From Paraspadella gotoi (Eukaryota > Animalia > Chaetognatha), in contig CM119264.1 of NCBI GenBank assembly GCA_051294375.1, forward strand, positions 16,837,245 through 16,901,244: a stretch of 64,000 nucleotides of DNA. Direction: 5' to 3'. Numbering within the stretch: the first letter of the stretch is position 1; each line of letters starts with the position of its first letter. Positions 1 through 12,627 of the stretch are shown here, in pieces. Under the pieces are notes generated by a model, which saw only the letters and a list, made by a program, of their open reading frames with translations, did not search any database and was not told the origin of the DNA. A program made the position numbers and the translations under genes.

Positions 1-643
1 TAGAAGTTACGGACAGTCATCTTCAGCCCACGTAGCGCCTTATCCACATATTTTTTTTTATTTGAAAGATTTTTTTTTGGTTTTTAGTTATATTTAAAAA
101 AATATAAATTTTTTTTTTAGTATTTTCCATACAGTAAATATTTCAAAAAGCCTTGTTTTTTGGAATCAAATTCCATATTATTTTTCGGCCGATAGAAAAA
201 GAAAAATTTCATCGAATACTGCTAATCCCTATCTTTCGATGATTTTATCCGTTTTTTTTGTATTTTGACTTTAAAATGTAAGAATTTTTAAAAGATGTAA
301 TTATATTTTTTGTTTAACTTTTTATGCTCTATCAGAATCCATCCAAAAATTTTAAGATTTAAAAAAAAAATTTAAAAAAATTTAAAAAAATGTAAAAAAA
401 GACAATATATTAATCAAGACGTATAAAGTAAATTTTGTATTAATCCTTTCAGTTTCGTTGAGTTGAGATTTAAGCAAAGTTCGAAATTAGTTTCTTAAAC
501 GATTTTTATTTTTGTACGGACATGTTTCGACTCTTTTTCGAGTCTTCATTTTAAAAAAATGTTTGCTTAAATATTTAGTCAAGACAACTAAAAATTTTTG
601 CTAATAGTCGAAATCTTATATTATCTCCGGAGTTGGTCCCTAC

Positions 644-2098
644 TAGGGTTCCGTTAACCGTTAATTTTTGAGGAACTTCGCTTAACCGTTAAAACTAACG
701 TTTTTAACGGTTAACCGTTAAAATCGGTTAATTTTATAATTTAACTATAAATTTAAAATATTAATATTTAAAACTAACTAAAATATTTAATGGTATTTTC
801 TCCTTAACTCCGGCTACTGAATCGTCTTTATCTTCTATTTCAGATAGATGAAGTACACCATATAGTTGATAAATGAGAAAATTGGTTTGAAAAAACAGCA
901 TTATAATACATTTTTCTTTTGCCTTATAGCATAATAAAAATATAAAAAAAGACAATGAAAGAAAAAGCACAATATAATTTTAATTCTGTATATTTTGTTT
1001 TCTCTCTCTCTCTTTCTTTCTTTCGTTTTCGCTTTTTCTTTTTCTATTTCTCTTCCTCATTATTTTTATAGTTGTTAGTTTCTTGAAAGCATGTTTTCTG
1101 TTCTTAGTCTTTCATAAATCATGACCATAAATATAAATATAATTATGAATATTGTGTTAAGACTTTCTTTTTGTTGCGTTTATAGATAAGTGAAAGCAAA
1201 GTTTATTTGTATATAAACAACAGATTTTTATTTTTAAAAAACGGACATGTTTCGACTCTCACGCGCTGATGTAGACTCGGAAAAACATGTCCGTTTTTTG
1301 GAATAAAAACCCGTTGTTTGTAAATAAATAAACTTTGTTTTCTCTTAATTATGAATATCAATTTATTAATTGAATGGTTGAATGATCGATTGATCAAAAA
1401 AGTTATTAATTAATAAATATTTTTTAAAATTTTATTAAAGTAAAGTATATTATCATTGAAGGATAGTTTTAGTTAGCCTTAATGTCTTTTCAAAGATTCA
1501 TTCTTTCTGTTGTTTATTTTTTAAATGTTTTCTAATAATTTTTTTTTTTAGTTTTTTTTTTTTTTCATTCATTCGGCTTTATTTTATTTACTTCTTTGTT
1601 CGTTTTAAAAATTAAAAGAAAAAGTTAAAAAAAGTCAAATAAGAAAGATTATTTATTTTTTTTATTAGCAAAATAGAATATTATTGCATCTAAAAATTTG
1701 ATTTGCAAAAAAATATATGCAGATGCATATTATATTTCAAAATATTCTTTGATGTGAATGTATAAAATTAGCTGAAAGGAAAAACGAAAACAATTGGGAG
1801 AAAGTAAGAAAAAAAAATACCGGAGGGGCAGAAAAAAATGATAATAGATTAAAATAGAAAAATATTTAAAGGGTTGAAAATAACAAAGAAAAAAAGGGGA
1901 AAATGTAGAACAGAGAGAGAAAGGGAGAGGAGAAGAAGGAAAAAAATTTTTTTCTTAAAAAATCAAAGTTTCATAACAAAAAATAACAAAAATCATTCTT
2001 GAAAATTAACCGAATTTAACCGTTAAAATAAATATATTAACGGTTAAGTTAAAATTATTTTTAACCGTTAATAACTGTTAACGGTTATCGGAACTCTA
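644..2098. mobile_element. Non-autonomous hAT-type DNA transposon
   Basis: TIRs TAGGGTTCCGTTAACCGTTAA / TTAACGGTTATCGGAACTCTA, flanked by an exact 8-bp target-site duplication GTCCCTAC (636-643 and 2099-2106); repeated subterminal AACCGTTAA motifs; no transposase ORF. Confidence 0.85.
1198..1337. repeat. Short palindromic fold-back with a degenerate hammerhead-like core, nested in the hAT element
   Basis: Arms aaagtttatttgtatataaacaac...aaaaaacggacatgttt / aaacatgtccgtttttt...gttgtttgtaaataaataaacttt; centre contains CTGATGtagactcggaaAAACATGTC. Related fragment at 517-550. Confidence 0.6.
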
Positions 2099-2560
2099 GT
2101 CCCTACTTTGGACGGGTTTCTAAATTCTAATATAACCTGCAACGCGGTAAACAACACAATCTGCAACATGTGCAGCAAGGGAAAGCCTGAGGATGATCGG
2201 CCAATGGATTACAGGTCTTCACGCAACAAGGGGGTGGAGGCGCCATGCAGCACTTCGAAGTTAGTGAGCAGCGTGTTCCAAATCGTCCGCAAGGGGCGCC
2301 GCACTTATTCGCCCAACATGATGTCTCGTCACAGCAGCGAAGCAGCGATTCTCGTTGAGTGCAGCACTTGGAACATCTCGAATAAAAAAAATTTGGTTTA
2401 ACTTAAAGAAAAATTATATCCCCATGGCCCATCATTCACCTGCAACAAGGAACGCAAAAAGTTTTGCAGCTTGGACAACACGGAAAAGAATTGCACAGAC
2501 TGAGGAAACTAAATGGAACAAACATTGGAAAACAAATTTGCAAATGATCGTCAAAAAATA

Positions 2561-5500
2561 TTAAATAGTGAGGAAAACTTTAGTCATAATACCAGGCTGG
2601 TGGGTCTTTTTTGCAGCACCCACTGAAAGCGCATTTCTCTCCCAATCCGCCTTTTTGGCCGTTTTGCTTTTGACAGGCTAAAACAAAAAAAAACTTTGAT
2701 AACTGTTATTGACCATTCTACAATAAATTTAAGCAGTAACCTCGCAAACAGCAACATATCGGTATTGGGGTGTCTGGTCCTTCAAGATAAAGACGAACTT
2801 CACTCATCAAATATTGTTCCACCATGACCTTGATCAAAATAGATTGAGAATAAAAATAAAACAAAAGAGATAGAGAATAAAAGGGGGAAAAACGGCAAAG
2901 TTTTTATCGCACCTTCGATATCGCATATAGAAGCATGTTGGTCATATCTGTGAGTATGTCGTCCTAAACAATAGGATAAAAACTGATTTTGCTTTTATTT
3001 TGATTTTGCTTGGTGTTTCAACCATGAGTTGTGTCTCGATGTAGTCCTCGACTTGACTTGCTCGAAGTGCGTCAATGACTAGTGGAGCCAAAAATGGAAC
3101 ACCCGGTTGAAGGGGGCGCGTGTCCTCTGTCCTTCCAATTAAAAGTTAATTATTAAGTAGCACTGATAAATGTATTTAAAAACTTTAAAGGATTGCAACC
3201 GGGGATCGATTCCAGGTCGGTGGGGCTAACGTTGCTCCAATTTTTACGGTAGAAGACAAAATTGTCGTCGTCTGAGAGGGCACGGGATAGATGCTCAAAC
3301 AGTTCGTAAGATCCAAATCGGAATTTGCCGTCCGGCCCGTATTCGATTTGCAGCTAAGAAGTTAACTTCGCATATAAAATTTCTTTGCTTTTAATTTACT
3401 GTACGTATGTCAATTAATTTTTACCCCATTCTTATCCGTCTCATATTTGACGTTATCTGGGTTCGTGCTCGCCATGGACATCGACCTGAAATTAAAAAAC
3501 GATGAAAATGAGTTATTAACTTTTTGTAATTTTTAAGCCGGAAACCGAATGACATATTTGTCATCATTAAGTTTGGTCTTGCTCTTTTTTTTGTTGTTTT
3601 TTTTTAGTTTGAATCACTTACATTACGTCGAAGGTGGTTTTGTGAACAGTTGGTCGGAAAGCGACCTGTCTGTCTCCGCTTGTTTCCTCTTCCAGCACCG
3701 ACTGAAAATAACATTTAACAAAAACTTAAACCAGACATCCACTTGCATCTTAGTTTTAAAATCCGTTTGCCAGCTCACGTTTTCATTCCGGTTTGACGAG
3801 CGCCAGTTCTGGGACCGACGCCCCTCCGCAACAGGGACGCGATATTTTTTCCTCGCATTGCGACCAGAGCATATACCAGAGTCCGGCTTTCGCATCATTC
3901 TGTCGTTACTGTTATTAGTATCAAAATTTTGGCTTGATTTACGTTGTAAGACGTTCCATGTTTCTTCCATGCGTCGTATGGGCAAAAGTTGCAAGCCAGT
4001 GATTATAGCTTGAAAAATTGATAAACGCAAATTTTCAATTCCGAAAAGAGCCTGGTATTCTGATCTTATACCAATCTTATCCCAGTCCAGATTTCACAAC
4101 CATAATTCTCACTGAAAGCTGAGATAACAAAAAGTCATGATCATGGGTACCAGCTAAGGCTTGAAAACTTCTTGCGCCCTCCAATTCTTCCGCCACTTTA
4201 AGCCACTTGTCTATTACAAGGGCCCGATCTTCGGGTGTGGCCCCACGAATTACTTCCGACGCTGTCAGGCAGGCGATTCTGTCGAAGAAGTCGATTGCTC
4301 GCAAAAGGCAGGGAGAAAACTTCACCTGTTATCATAAACGTTACTGACTAATCTGAGTAACAAGGAATATAAAACAGTAGCGTCAAGGAAAACGCATGAT
4401 CCCGAAATGACCGCCTTGATGTTTATGTAACAGTTAGGTACTGTAACGGCCAATTAAAATAAAATTTGTCTCCATACAGCGCATTCAGATTTATCCCTTT
4501 TACATCCTTTTAAAAGTTTTGCTCTTCTTACATTCGGATAGGCTTCTTTTGTGAAACAAAACATTTCTCGCGGTTCGATGTCGAGAAAAAGCTGACGAGT
4601 AATGATAGTGAGCTCGTTTGCGATGGCGGCTGGACTCAACCGGGCGAAGGACAACCTAGAACGAAGGTTAACGATCAAGATAGTAAGGATCAAGTAGCAT
4701 GGAATAGCAAAATTAGAGAAATACTCATTACTCAACCCCTCCCTCTATGCTTAAGTATCGATTTAGCTGCCATTTTTGTCGATCTATTTTCACATGTGCA
4801 CTGTCCACAAAATATATAGCTTATTATATAAATGTATTGTATTGTATATGTTACGAAATAACTATCTTTTATATCACGAAGAAATCCAGCTTCTCCACCT
4901 TTTCCCGATGCTCTTTTGTCTTTTTTACTGACGCAGGAATTGCCGACTATTCAGCGATTACAGAGACATCTTTTATTTTAGACTTTTGTTATATATATAT
5001 ATACTTAAGTACAGATTCCGTGGCGGATTCTGATTGGTTCATCGGATTTCGATAGATTCTAATTACGATTTATCGATTTATCGATCAGATCTGTCATTCT
5101 TGCACTTTCAGTTCTCTGCAAATCTCGGAATCTTTAGTTTTTAGAAACTATTTGGTAATTGCTGGATTGGTGGACTTTCTTGTGAGAGAAGCAACCTTTT
5201 TTGCACAATAATGGCTTCAGAAACAAGTAAGAAAGATTCTTTAAACTTTATATATATATATTTGCTGAGTTTGTATTAAATGTTTTGTTATCCTTTGTCC
5301 AGGACTTCTAACTTAACTCTTCAACTCTTTACACAACTTAACTTCAACTACGTCCTGGGCTTCGCCTTTGCGGCCGAGACTTTGTCGTCCTCATCTATTG
5401 AGCGTCATAGACCGGCGCCATCGTCTCCTCTGCGCCATTACGCCACAAATACCAACGCTTTATTTGGCGTAGAGTTAGCCCGGAAAAGTTAGCAAGTCAA

Positions 5501-6670
5501 TGAAACCACTCTCCGAACTTAGTTCGAAACAGTATAATTTTAAAATTTTAAACTCTTCCCCGAATGAGATGTGGAGGAGCGTACCAAGACTCATCGGCTT
5601 CCATGACATCTTCCTCGCCTTCGTCGTTCGGGAGGCGCTGAACTTCGGCTTCCGTCAGCGCAGGAGGAAGGAAAGGGAAAATCTCGTAGCTGAAGAATCA
5701 AAATGGCATTCACAAGTTTGGCTTTTTTCGGAACTGAAAAGAGAAAAGACATTGGTATAATAAAAGATAAAAAACTCACGCTTCCTTCACCAACTCATTT
5801 TCTTCATCCGTTTCCATGACATCCGATGCAAGGTCGCGCTCTGTTTTTCTAAGGAGAATTATTTTAAAAAAATACATATTATTTTCGTTCTTTGATTGTT
5901 GGGTCTTGAAAAAATCGTTACTTCGATCTCCGTTGGAACCAGGATCTGCGCCGGCCGGAAAAATCGCTATAACTGTAAATACTGTTGCTGTTGTTATTGT
6001 TGAAGTTGTTATTGTTACTGTTTAGAATTCTTCGTTTTCTTTTTCTTTTCTTGACGACGAAAAATTGACGAAGGGTGAGAGCGAAGAATTTCATCGGATT
6101 CTCGATATCTTTGCCGAGCCACTCCCGCATCATCCGGATCTCTTTCGCTTCTTCCGTCGCATGCTCGTTTTCGGCCAAACAGAGGGCGTTCGTCGACCTT
6201 TTGACTCTCAAAAAACCAGAGTTGTCGTTTCCGTCAAAGCATCGAAAATTCCTCGAAACCCCAACTTTGTGTCGATCCGTGCGATACGGCGATGGGTCAG
6301 TCGTGGAAGACGGCCACCGTCTCGCTCTGCCGCAATTATCGGTTTCGTTTAAAGTTTCGTCATTTCCGGTTCTGAGATTTTGTTGGACGGAATTCGATGC
6401 CGATGAAGACATCGACGAAGATGAGACCGACTGCGCTTCTTCGGCGATCGAATCAACGGCTACTTTCTCCGATTCGACGATTTTGTCCGATTCGACGTTC
6501 TCTCTCTTCGCGAATGGAAATATCCTTCGGAGGGCGTCGCTAAAGCGGTGGCGGAGATTTCTCGCCACATCGTCGTCGCCGTCGTTGGTTTTCTTGATTT
6601 GTATTTCGCCGTCGTTTTCCGTTTCTTCGTGGAATCTGCTTTTCTTCCAATCTTCTTTCCATCTTTCCAC
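2561..6670 (-). CDS. RasGEF (CDC25-homology) domain protein, multi-exon; both ends uncertain
   Basis: Exon translations LSPAAIANELTIITRQLFLDIEPREM (4560-4655), DRALVIDKWLKVAEEL..SFQAL (4150-4325), AIITGLQLLPIRRMEETW (3950-4010) and VPFLAPL (~3090) follow the RasGEF catalytic-domain pattern; long low-complexity ORF 5918-6670 is a probable N-terminal exon. Confidence 0.6.
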
Positions 6671-8079
6671 TTCTGTTTCCCGGGCTATCGGGTCACGATA
6701 TCGCGACGCCGGCGCCGAATCGCTGCGTCGTCTCTGGTTTGTCCGCTCACACTATGACGGCCAATAATCATTATAAGGTCGTTTTGAGAAAGCCTCTATT
6801 TCTTTTCTTTCTATTTTCGTTCTTTCTCTTTTTCCTTCTTTTTTTCTCTTTTTTTTTCTTTCTTTCTTTCTTTTCCCCTTCTTTTTTACTTTCTTTCTTT
6901 TCTCCTTTTCCCTTCTTTTACCTCCTCTTTCACCCGTCCCCTCCAGTGTCGTTTCCTTAAATTGTCGTCGTTGTTGTCGTTATTGGCGTTGTAATTGAGA
7001 TTCCTAAATATCCCGCAAGGAAGTTTACCAAAGAAACATCGGACAAAATTGACAAAGGCCCAACCCTGAGCTCCTTTGTCCGGGATTTTCTCCGGAAAGG
7101 AAGAAGCTGAGTTTCGGAGAGGAGTCGGATTCGAAGTTCGCCGCCGACGACGCGCTGGGGCCTTCGCCTTTTTCAAAGTTCAATCTCAATAACCGAGCGA
7201 CAGGAGATTATTAGTCAGATCTGACCAAGGATAAGACGAGATCCAGTTTTAACCAGATTCATTTCTGAAGCGATGATTTGGTCGTAGCGGGAACGAATCG
7301 ATCCGCCACCCTTTTACATGGAGGGGGGACTTTCGATAAAGAAGGAAGTACGATAAAAGAGATGAGAGAGAGAGAGAGACTGAGAGAGAGAAAGATGACC
7401 TCAAAATCCTTGTGAACAAATACGTAGGATTCTGGGACGAAGACACGGAGATCGTTGACCGATTTCCAAGGACGCAAATGCGGAGGGAATCGACCCATTC
7501 TTCTTGATACATAGACGCTTCTGAATACCAAAGATTAGTAGTGTATTAGGACTCAGGTACCTGGTACTTGGTCTTACAGTTGAGAGATGAAAAATAGAGT
7601 AGAGGAATTTCCTAATTGCCAAGAATTACAGTCCGTTTTATGAGTCGGAGGAATGCACTATGATTATGACACGACTTGAAGGGAAAAGAATATGTCGGTG
7701 AAATTAGTCGATATTGTTTACATTTTGTTCACGTTTACGCTTCATTTAAATTAAACGGATAAGTCTTAAAATTGATCCAGAAAAACAAAACGTTTTTATT
7801 TTCAGATTTCACCTTTTGGGGTTAAAAATTTCACGAGCATCGAACGCCATAAATCCAGCAGAAGATCCCCAAGAGGAAGATGAAGATAATTTTGTAGATA
7901 GAAAAGCCGAATCCAAACTGGCGTACAAGAGTCAATTTTTTTTTATAATTTATTTTATAAAAATAAAAAAAGATTTAAAATTTTATTGAAAATTCATACA
8001 TTTTGTCAATTGGCATAATTTGGTCAATCAATCAATCAATTAGAGAGAGAGATAGAGAGAGAGAAACTTTAAAAAATTC

Positions 8080-8746
8080 AAATAAATGTGTCTTTTGGTT
8101 TTCTAATTTGAACTCTTTTCCACTCCTACGATTCCATCAAAAAATTTATATCCAGCTTTATCACATACTTACCTCCCCTCACACAAAATTCCATTTCAAT
8201 TTATCTATTCAATTTTTAATAAACATAATAATTATAAGTAAATTTAAGTAAAAATACTTCAAGTAAATATGACTTTTGTTTTTTTTCCATTTTAACTCAT
8301 TTCCGCTCGCACGATTCCATCGAAACTTTATATCCAGCTCAATCACACACTTTCCTACCATCATACAAAATTTCAAATCAATTGCCCTATCCACTCATGA
8401 GCAATTGGCGTTCAAATAGTGAAATAGATTTTTTTGTTTTTTCCATTTAAACCAATTTCAACTCGCACGATTCCATCGAAACTTCATATCCATCTCAATC
8501 ACACAGTTTCCTACCCACACTCAAAATTTCATACCAATCCATCCATCCAATTACGAGTAATTGGAGTTTTTTGCTTAGGGGGTGACGGACAGACGGACGG
8601 ACGGACGGACGGACATCATTTTTTTTTGCATAATTTATCATAATTCGAGGTTCTGATACGATAATAATGATTTACCGACAATATTTTGGGGTGGGACCGA
8701 CAAAGTGAATTATAGAGTCGGAATCTGCTGATAAGCAGATCCGACT
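8080..8746 (+). mobile_element. Helentron-associated non-autonomous element (HINE/DINE-1-like), 5' truncated
   Basis: Internal tandem units (cgattccatcgaaacttt...aatcacacac...caaaatttc), (GACG)n microsatellite, terminal palindrome AGTCGGAATCTGCTGATAAGCAGATCCGACT followed by an A-run; same family as 19741, 22163 and 41331. Confidence 0.7.
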
Positions 8747-8949
8747 AAAAATAACAGTTCCAACCTAATCTAGAATAGTTAATATAATTAAAAAGGTGTA
8801 ATATTTTTACTTATTTTTACGTATGTCTATTGCGACCAATTCCTATTAAATTATATGACAATCACATCGTCAACTCGCCTTTTATTTTCCCCTTCAAATG
8901 CGCCAGCATGCTTCAACCATTCCGTAACGTTCGTCCACAGACGCCAACG

Positions 8950-9620
8950 AGACTTCAAATCGCTTGCAGGGTTTTGAGGAACTGCTTCGCCCGTCTTTTT
9001 TTTCCTCTTCAAGCGAAATTCTTGACGAGTTCCGTTTGAATATCTGATAATGAACCCATCTTTCTCTTCGAGTGTTTAACATTTACAAACTTGTAAATAT
9101 TTAAATTCCTTATCGGAGTTCAGAATAACAATAACATCCTTATAGCTATCACAACAACCTGACGACTATTATCTTGGACTTGAGTGTCGTAATAGAAACG
9201 TTTTTGAGTTCAACGACCCTGCGAAGAGCCAAATCGGAACCCTTCGGAACTCGCTCAATATCGCTCGTGATTGAGGGTCGGAAACTTAGTGAATCCATGC
9301 CTTTACAAAAGCAAGTTTACTTGAAGAACAAAGGATGAAGCGAATATTTTTTGTTAAATCAATTAAAATAGCGCTAACTTTCATCGTTTCCGCCGATATC
9401 AACCAACTCTGCCACGACGAAGAACTTTCGTGTAACGCCCAACTTATAGTTTTCGTTTTGAAATCTGAGACCCTCCGAAGTTTCATTCTTCACGGACTCG
9501 ATGCTCTTTTGTGCTTTGTCAGTCGTCGTGGACGTTTTGAGGCTAAAATCGCCCGACAATAAAAGAACAGCATCGCGAATTTCCGGAGTGATTTCGCTAA
9601 GTTCTTTCAGAACGACCTTT
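8950..9620 (-). CDS. Probable exons of an unidentified small gene
   Basis: GC-richer blocks bounded by ag/gt with open frames (VVLKELSEITPEIRDAVLLLSGDF...; RRVVELKNVSITTLKSKIIVVR/YSNGTRQEFRL...LQAI*); one junction phase could not be reconciled; no family recognised. Confidence 0.3.
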
Positions 9621-9829
9621 GAAAAGTGAAATGTTAAATTATTATTAGTTTGTTTTAGTTTGTAGACAAAAACTTTAAACGAACAAAATTGTTGTTCCCG
9701 AAATTTGTTTTCGTGAAAACTGCGTTAGTTTGTAGCGGGCATTGCTAAGTTAACCTCGCTTCACTTGTGACCGTCAAGTGACCACTAACGCTGTATCAAC
9801 AAGTAAACTTTCGAAAAATTAAAATATAC

Positions 9830-10435
9830 CCATTTTTGGTCTTAATCATGGACATGAAGTGGGCGAGAGGAGAGAGAATCGCCGTGTCTATCTGTGCCCA
9901 GTGGGTCTGGGAGATTCTGCAATCAGTTGCCTTGCTTTTAGCCGGTGGTAGGCTTGCTACCAGTGGATTAACTGTCAACTGACCCTTCACTCTTTTGGAG
10001 GACAGTGCCGACCAGGGCTTGTACCCGGTTCGGTGCGCTAATACAGCAGTGATGCTGGGAACGGTCGTATTCATCGGGTAGTGATATTACGTCACTACAG
10101 ACAAGTTATATACAAGTCCCTGTTTAACTTATTTATCAAATAAAAGAATTCTGAGATTTTAAGTTGAGAAAATGTTACATACTTTCTGTTGGCCCTATCA
10201 CCTAAGTAGGCTAATGTACCATCCCAATGTGCGTCCCTGGTTCGAGCCCTAAGGTTGTCATGTACAAAGTGAGGTTGACCGGTTACCCTGAGGTAAGCAT
10301 GGGCCTGCCGCCCGATCCAAAGCTCTGCAATACATGAACATTGAACAAGCTTTCTCATTGTTACCAACTTACCACATGGTGAAACCTCTGCATGTGTGGC
10401 GCCCTTAAAAACCAACCTCTTCAATCTCACCTTTT
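9830..10435 (+). ncRNA. Candidate structured non-coding RNA (two GC-rich blocks separated by an AT-rich spacer), unassigned
   Basis: Dense hairpins whose G-U pairs favour the + strand: CCTTCA/TGGAGG, GTGCCGA/TCGGTGC, CAGCA-GTGA-TGCTG (GNRA loop), TAGTGAT/GTCACTA, GTTGGCC/GGCTAAT, long-range GTGAGGTTGA/TCAATCTCAC. Confidence 0.45.
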
Positions 10436-10785
10436 GAAAGCGCTGCATTTACGTAATTTTTTAAAGATATTATTTTAAAAGTTCTTTAAATTTTTTTTTT
10501 AATGATAAGCATGAATTTTAAAGACCTGAAGAAATATTGAAATAGCTAAAAGTAAAAGTCACTTATACGGGATGTTGCGGTATTTTACACCTTTTTTTTT
10601 TTTTAGAAAGGAACATATTTTTATATCGACGTTCTTTAGATAATGACTTATTATGTTAGCGTATTTTAGAATCGGGTGCCAAGTTTACAATCAAAGGTTG
10701 AGAATGATTTTTATTTAACGTTATCATTTTTTTTAAGTTTTCACATCTCGTTTTAAAAAAAAAAAAAATATTTTCATTGACCGCA

Positions 10786-11622
10786 ATGTCTTTACTTCTT
10801 TTCATCGCGTTCTTTATATTTTCATCGCAAGTAAGCGAATCGGCCGTTGTTTCAACAACACGCTCCACGGATGAGACTTCGGGTAATTTCTGAATAAAAA
10901 TTATGCCTAAGGTCATTGACCATTGGCCATCAACACCCATTATAAATATTTTGAATCCGACGTGAAATATATGTTCCGCCAGATTTGCATATTTTAAATA
11001 TTTTACACTTTTTCTTCTTTATTGCTTTATTGTGGGGGCAATGAATAGTATCAATTATAAAATAAATAAAACGTTACATATTTTTTTATTCGGCGTCAGA
11101 TTCTACGACGACGCCGGTGACGACGACGACGAACGTTTTCGGTGCTGGGGGCGTGGCCTTCGACGATACTCTGCTCAGGCTGAAAAATGGGTTGGAGGAT
11201 TTGAAGCACAATTTGGAAGAATCTGAAGTGGCGTCAAGCAACATCGAAATGGCGGGAGACGCCAGCAAGTAACCTCGCTTGACATCCATTTTTAATATAT
11301 TGATTTTGCCCTTGTTTCTTTTTTGTTCTACTATTTGCGGAACTTTTATGTCTGGTTGGTTCATTTTATGCTGTCAGAATATTTATGTAAAAAAAACTTT
11401 TTCACTTTTAACTGGATTTTTTTCCTCAGATACCACCGGAACCCCGACTGGCAGCCGGAACTCCGCGCCGTGAACATAGAAGTTATGAACGAAGAAAGGG
11501 CGAAGAAAAACGTTGTTGCATTAGATTTTATCAATCAAATGTTGAGTTTGATGGAACCGATTAAAAGATTGGAGGGAATAATTAGCAGGACCGTTCAAAC
11601 CTTTTCAGGAGATAATGTATAA
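10786..11622 (+). CDS. Three-exon secreted orphan protein (~150 aa) with a Thr-rich stalk and helical C-terminus
   Basis: Exon 1 MSLLLFIAFFIFSSQVSESAVVSTTRSTDETS (signal-peptide-like), exon 2 DSTTTPVTTTT...LLRLKNGLEDLKHNLEES, exon 3 YHRNPDWQPELRAV...SGDNV*; both GT-AG introns join in the correct phase (1 and 2). Confidence 0.65.
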
Positions 11623-12627
11623 TTATTATTGGATTTGATGACTTTCCTTATCATTCGATACAAGAGCCTATAAAATTAAATCTAATCTCCAAAAAAAGAA
11701 GCAACCACTCAGGCTCGAAATGTTTTTTTTAATTTTTTTTATTATGCGAAAATAAAGGGACGAAGTCTCGAAAGAATGTAATTCGCACGAAAATACGTTT
11801 AGTTAAGAATATATTTAATATTGTCGATAATAAATTCATTTCAATTCAAAAATGAAAAAAATTTCATCGTGTTATTGTGCTTAAAACTTCTTATATGTGA
11901 TTACATAATACATTAATCATATATTAATCATCCTCTATATATAACATATAACCAATTTCATAGGAAGATAGGATAACTATAAGAAAACCAAAATCGCCGC
12001 ACAAAAAATTCATTAAAGATACAATAAATTAAATACGTTTTCTCAATGCAGCCAAAATCATCGTTACTTGTCTTGGGGTCATGACATGAAACTTTTCATA
12101 CCCCTAACATTGGGATTTTTCATCGGAACTCGGTCCCGGAATCGTCCCCGTCACCTCGAGCGAATCGTTTTCATCGCCCGCAGAATTAACGAGCATTTCC
12201 TTCGTCGTCTTCTCTTTAGAGACGTTTATTTTAACGCGTTTGTATATTCTTTAATCTTTATATTATTAAGTTCCTAACGAATAATAATTAATATTAAACG
12301 CTCAAAACGATAGAGAAAAAACAACAACAACAAAAACGGTAATCGAGAAACAAAACAGGAGTGGCAATAATGATTCTTCGCTGCGATATAGATCACGACG
12401 ATTCTCCACCTTTTAAATCCTGAAATTAAATTTAAAAAAAAAAGAGAAAGATAGAGAGAGATTGAAAATCCACGCTTGACTCTTTAAATTCGTGAATTTA
12501 CTCTCTTCTGGAACACTCAAAAAAGGTGCGGATCACCACCTGGTAGCATTTTCTAGTTCCATTTCGAACAGAGTATAAACTAAAAAATAAATCACGAATT
12601 AAAAAAAAAAAAAAATTAAGAAAAGCG

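Noticed and set aside
5211-5320. Possible plus-strand gene start ATGGCTTCAGAAACAA|gtaag overlapping the RasGEF gene
   Set aside because: Splicing to the next acceptor gives an in-frame stop within a few codons.
6075-6767. 230-aa plus-strand ORF, and other antisense ORFs at 31924, 50443 and 36612
   Set aside because: Shadow frames of minus-strand coding exons.
10005-10035. Twister-ribozyme-like CCGGGTACAAGCCC on the minus strand
   Set aside because: Conserved U and pseudoknot partners are missing, and G-U pairs favour the opposite strand.
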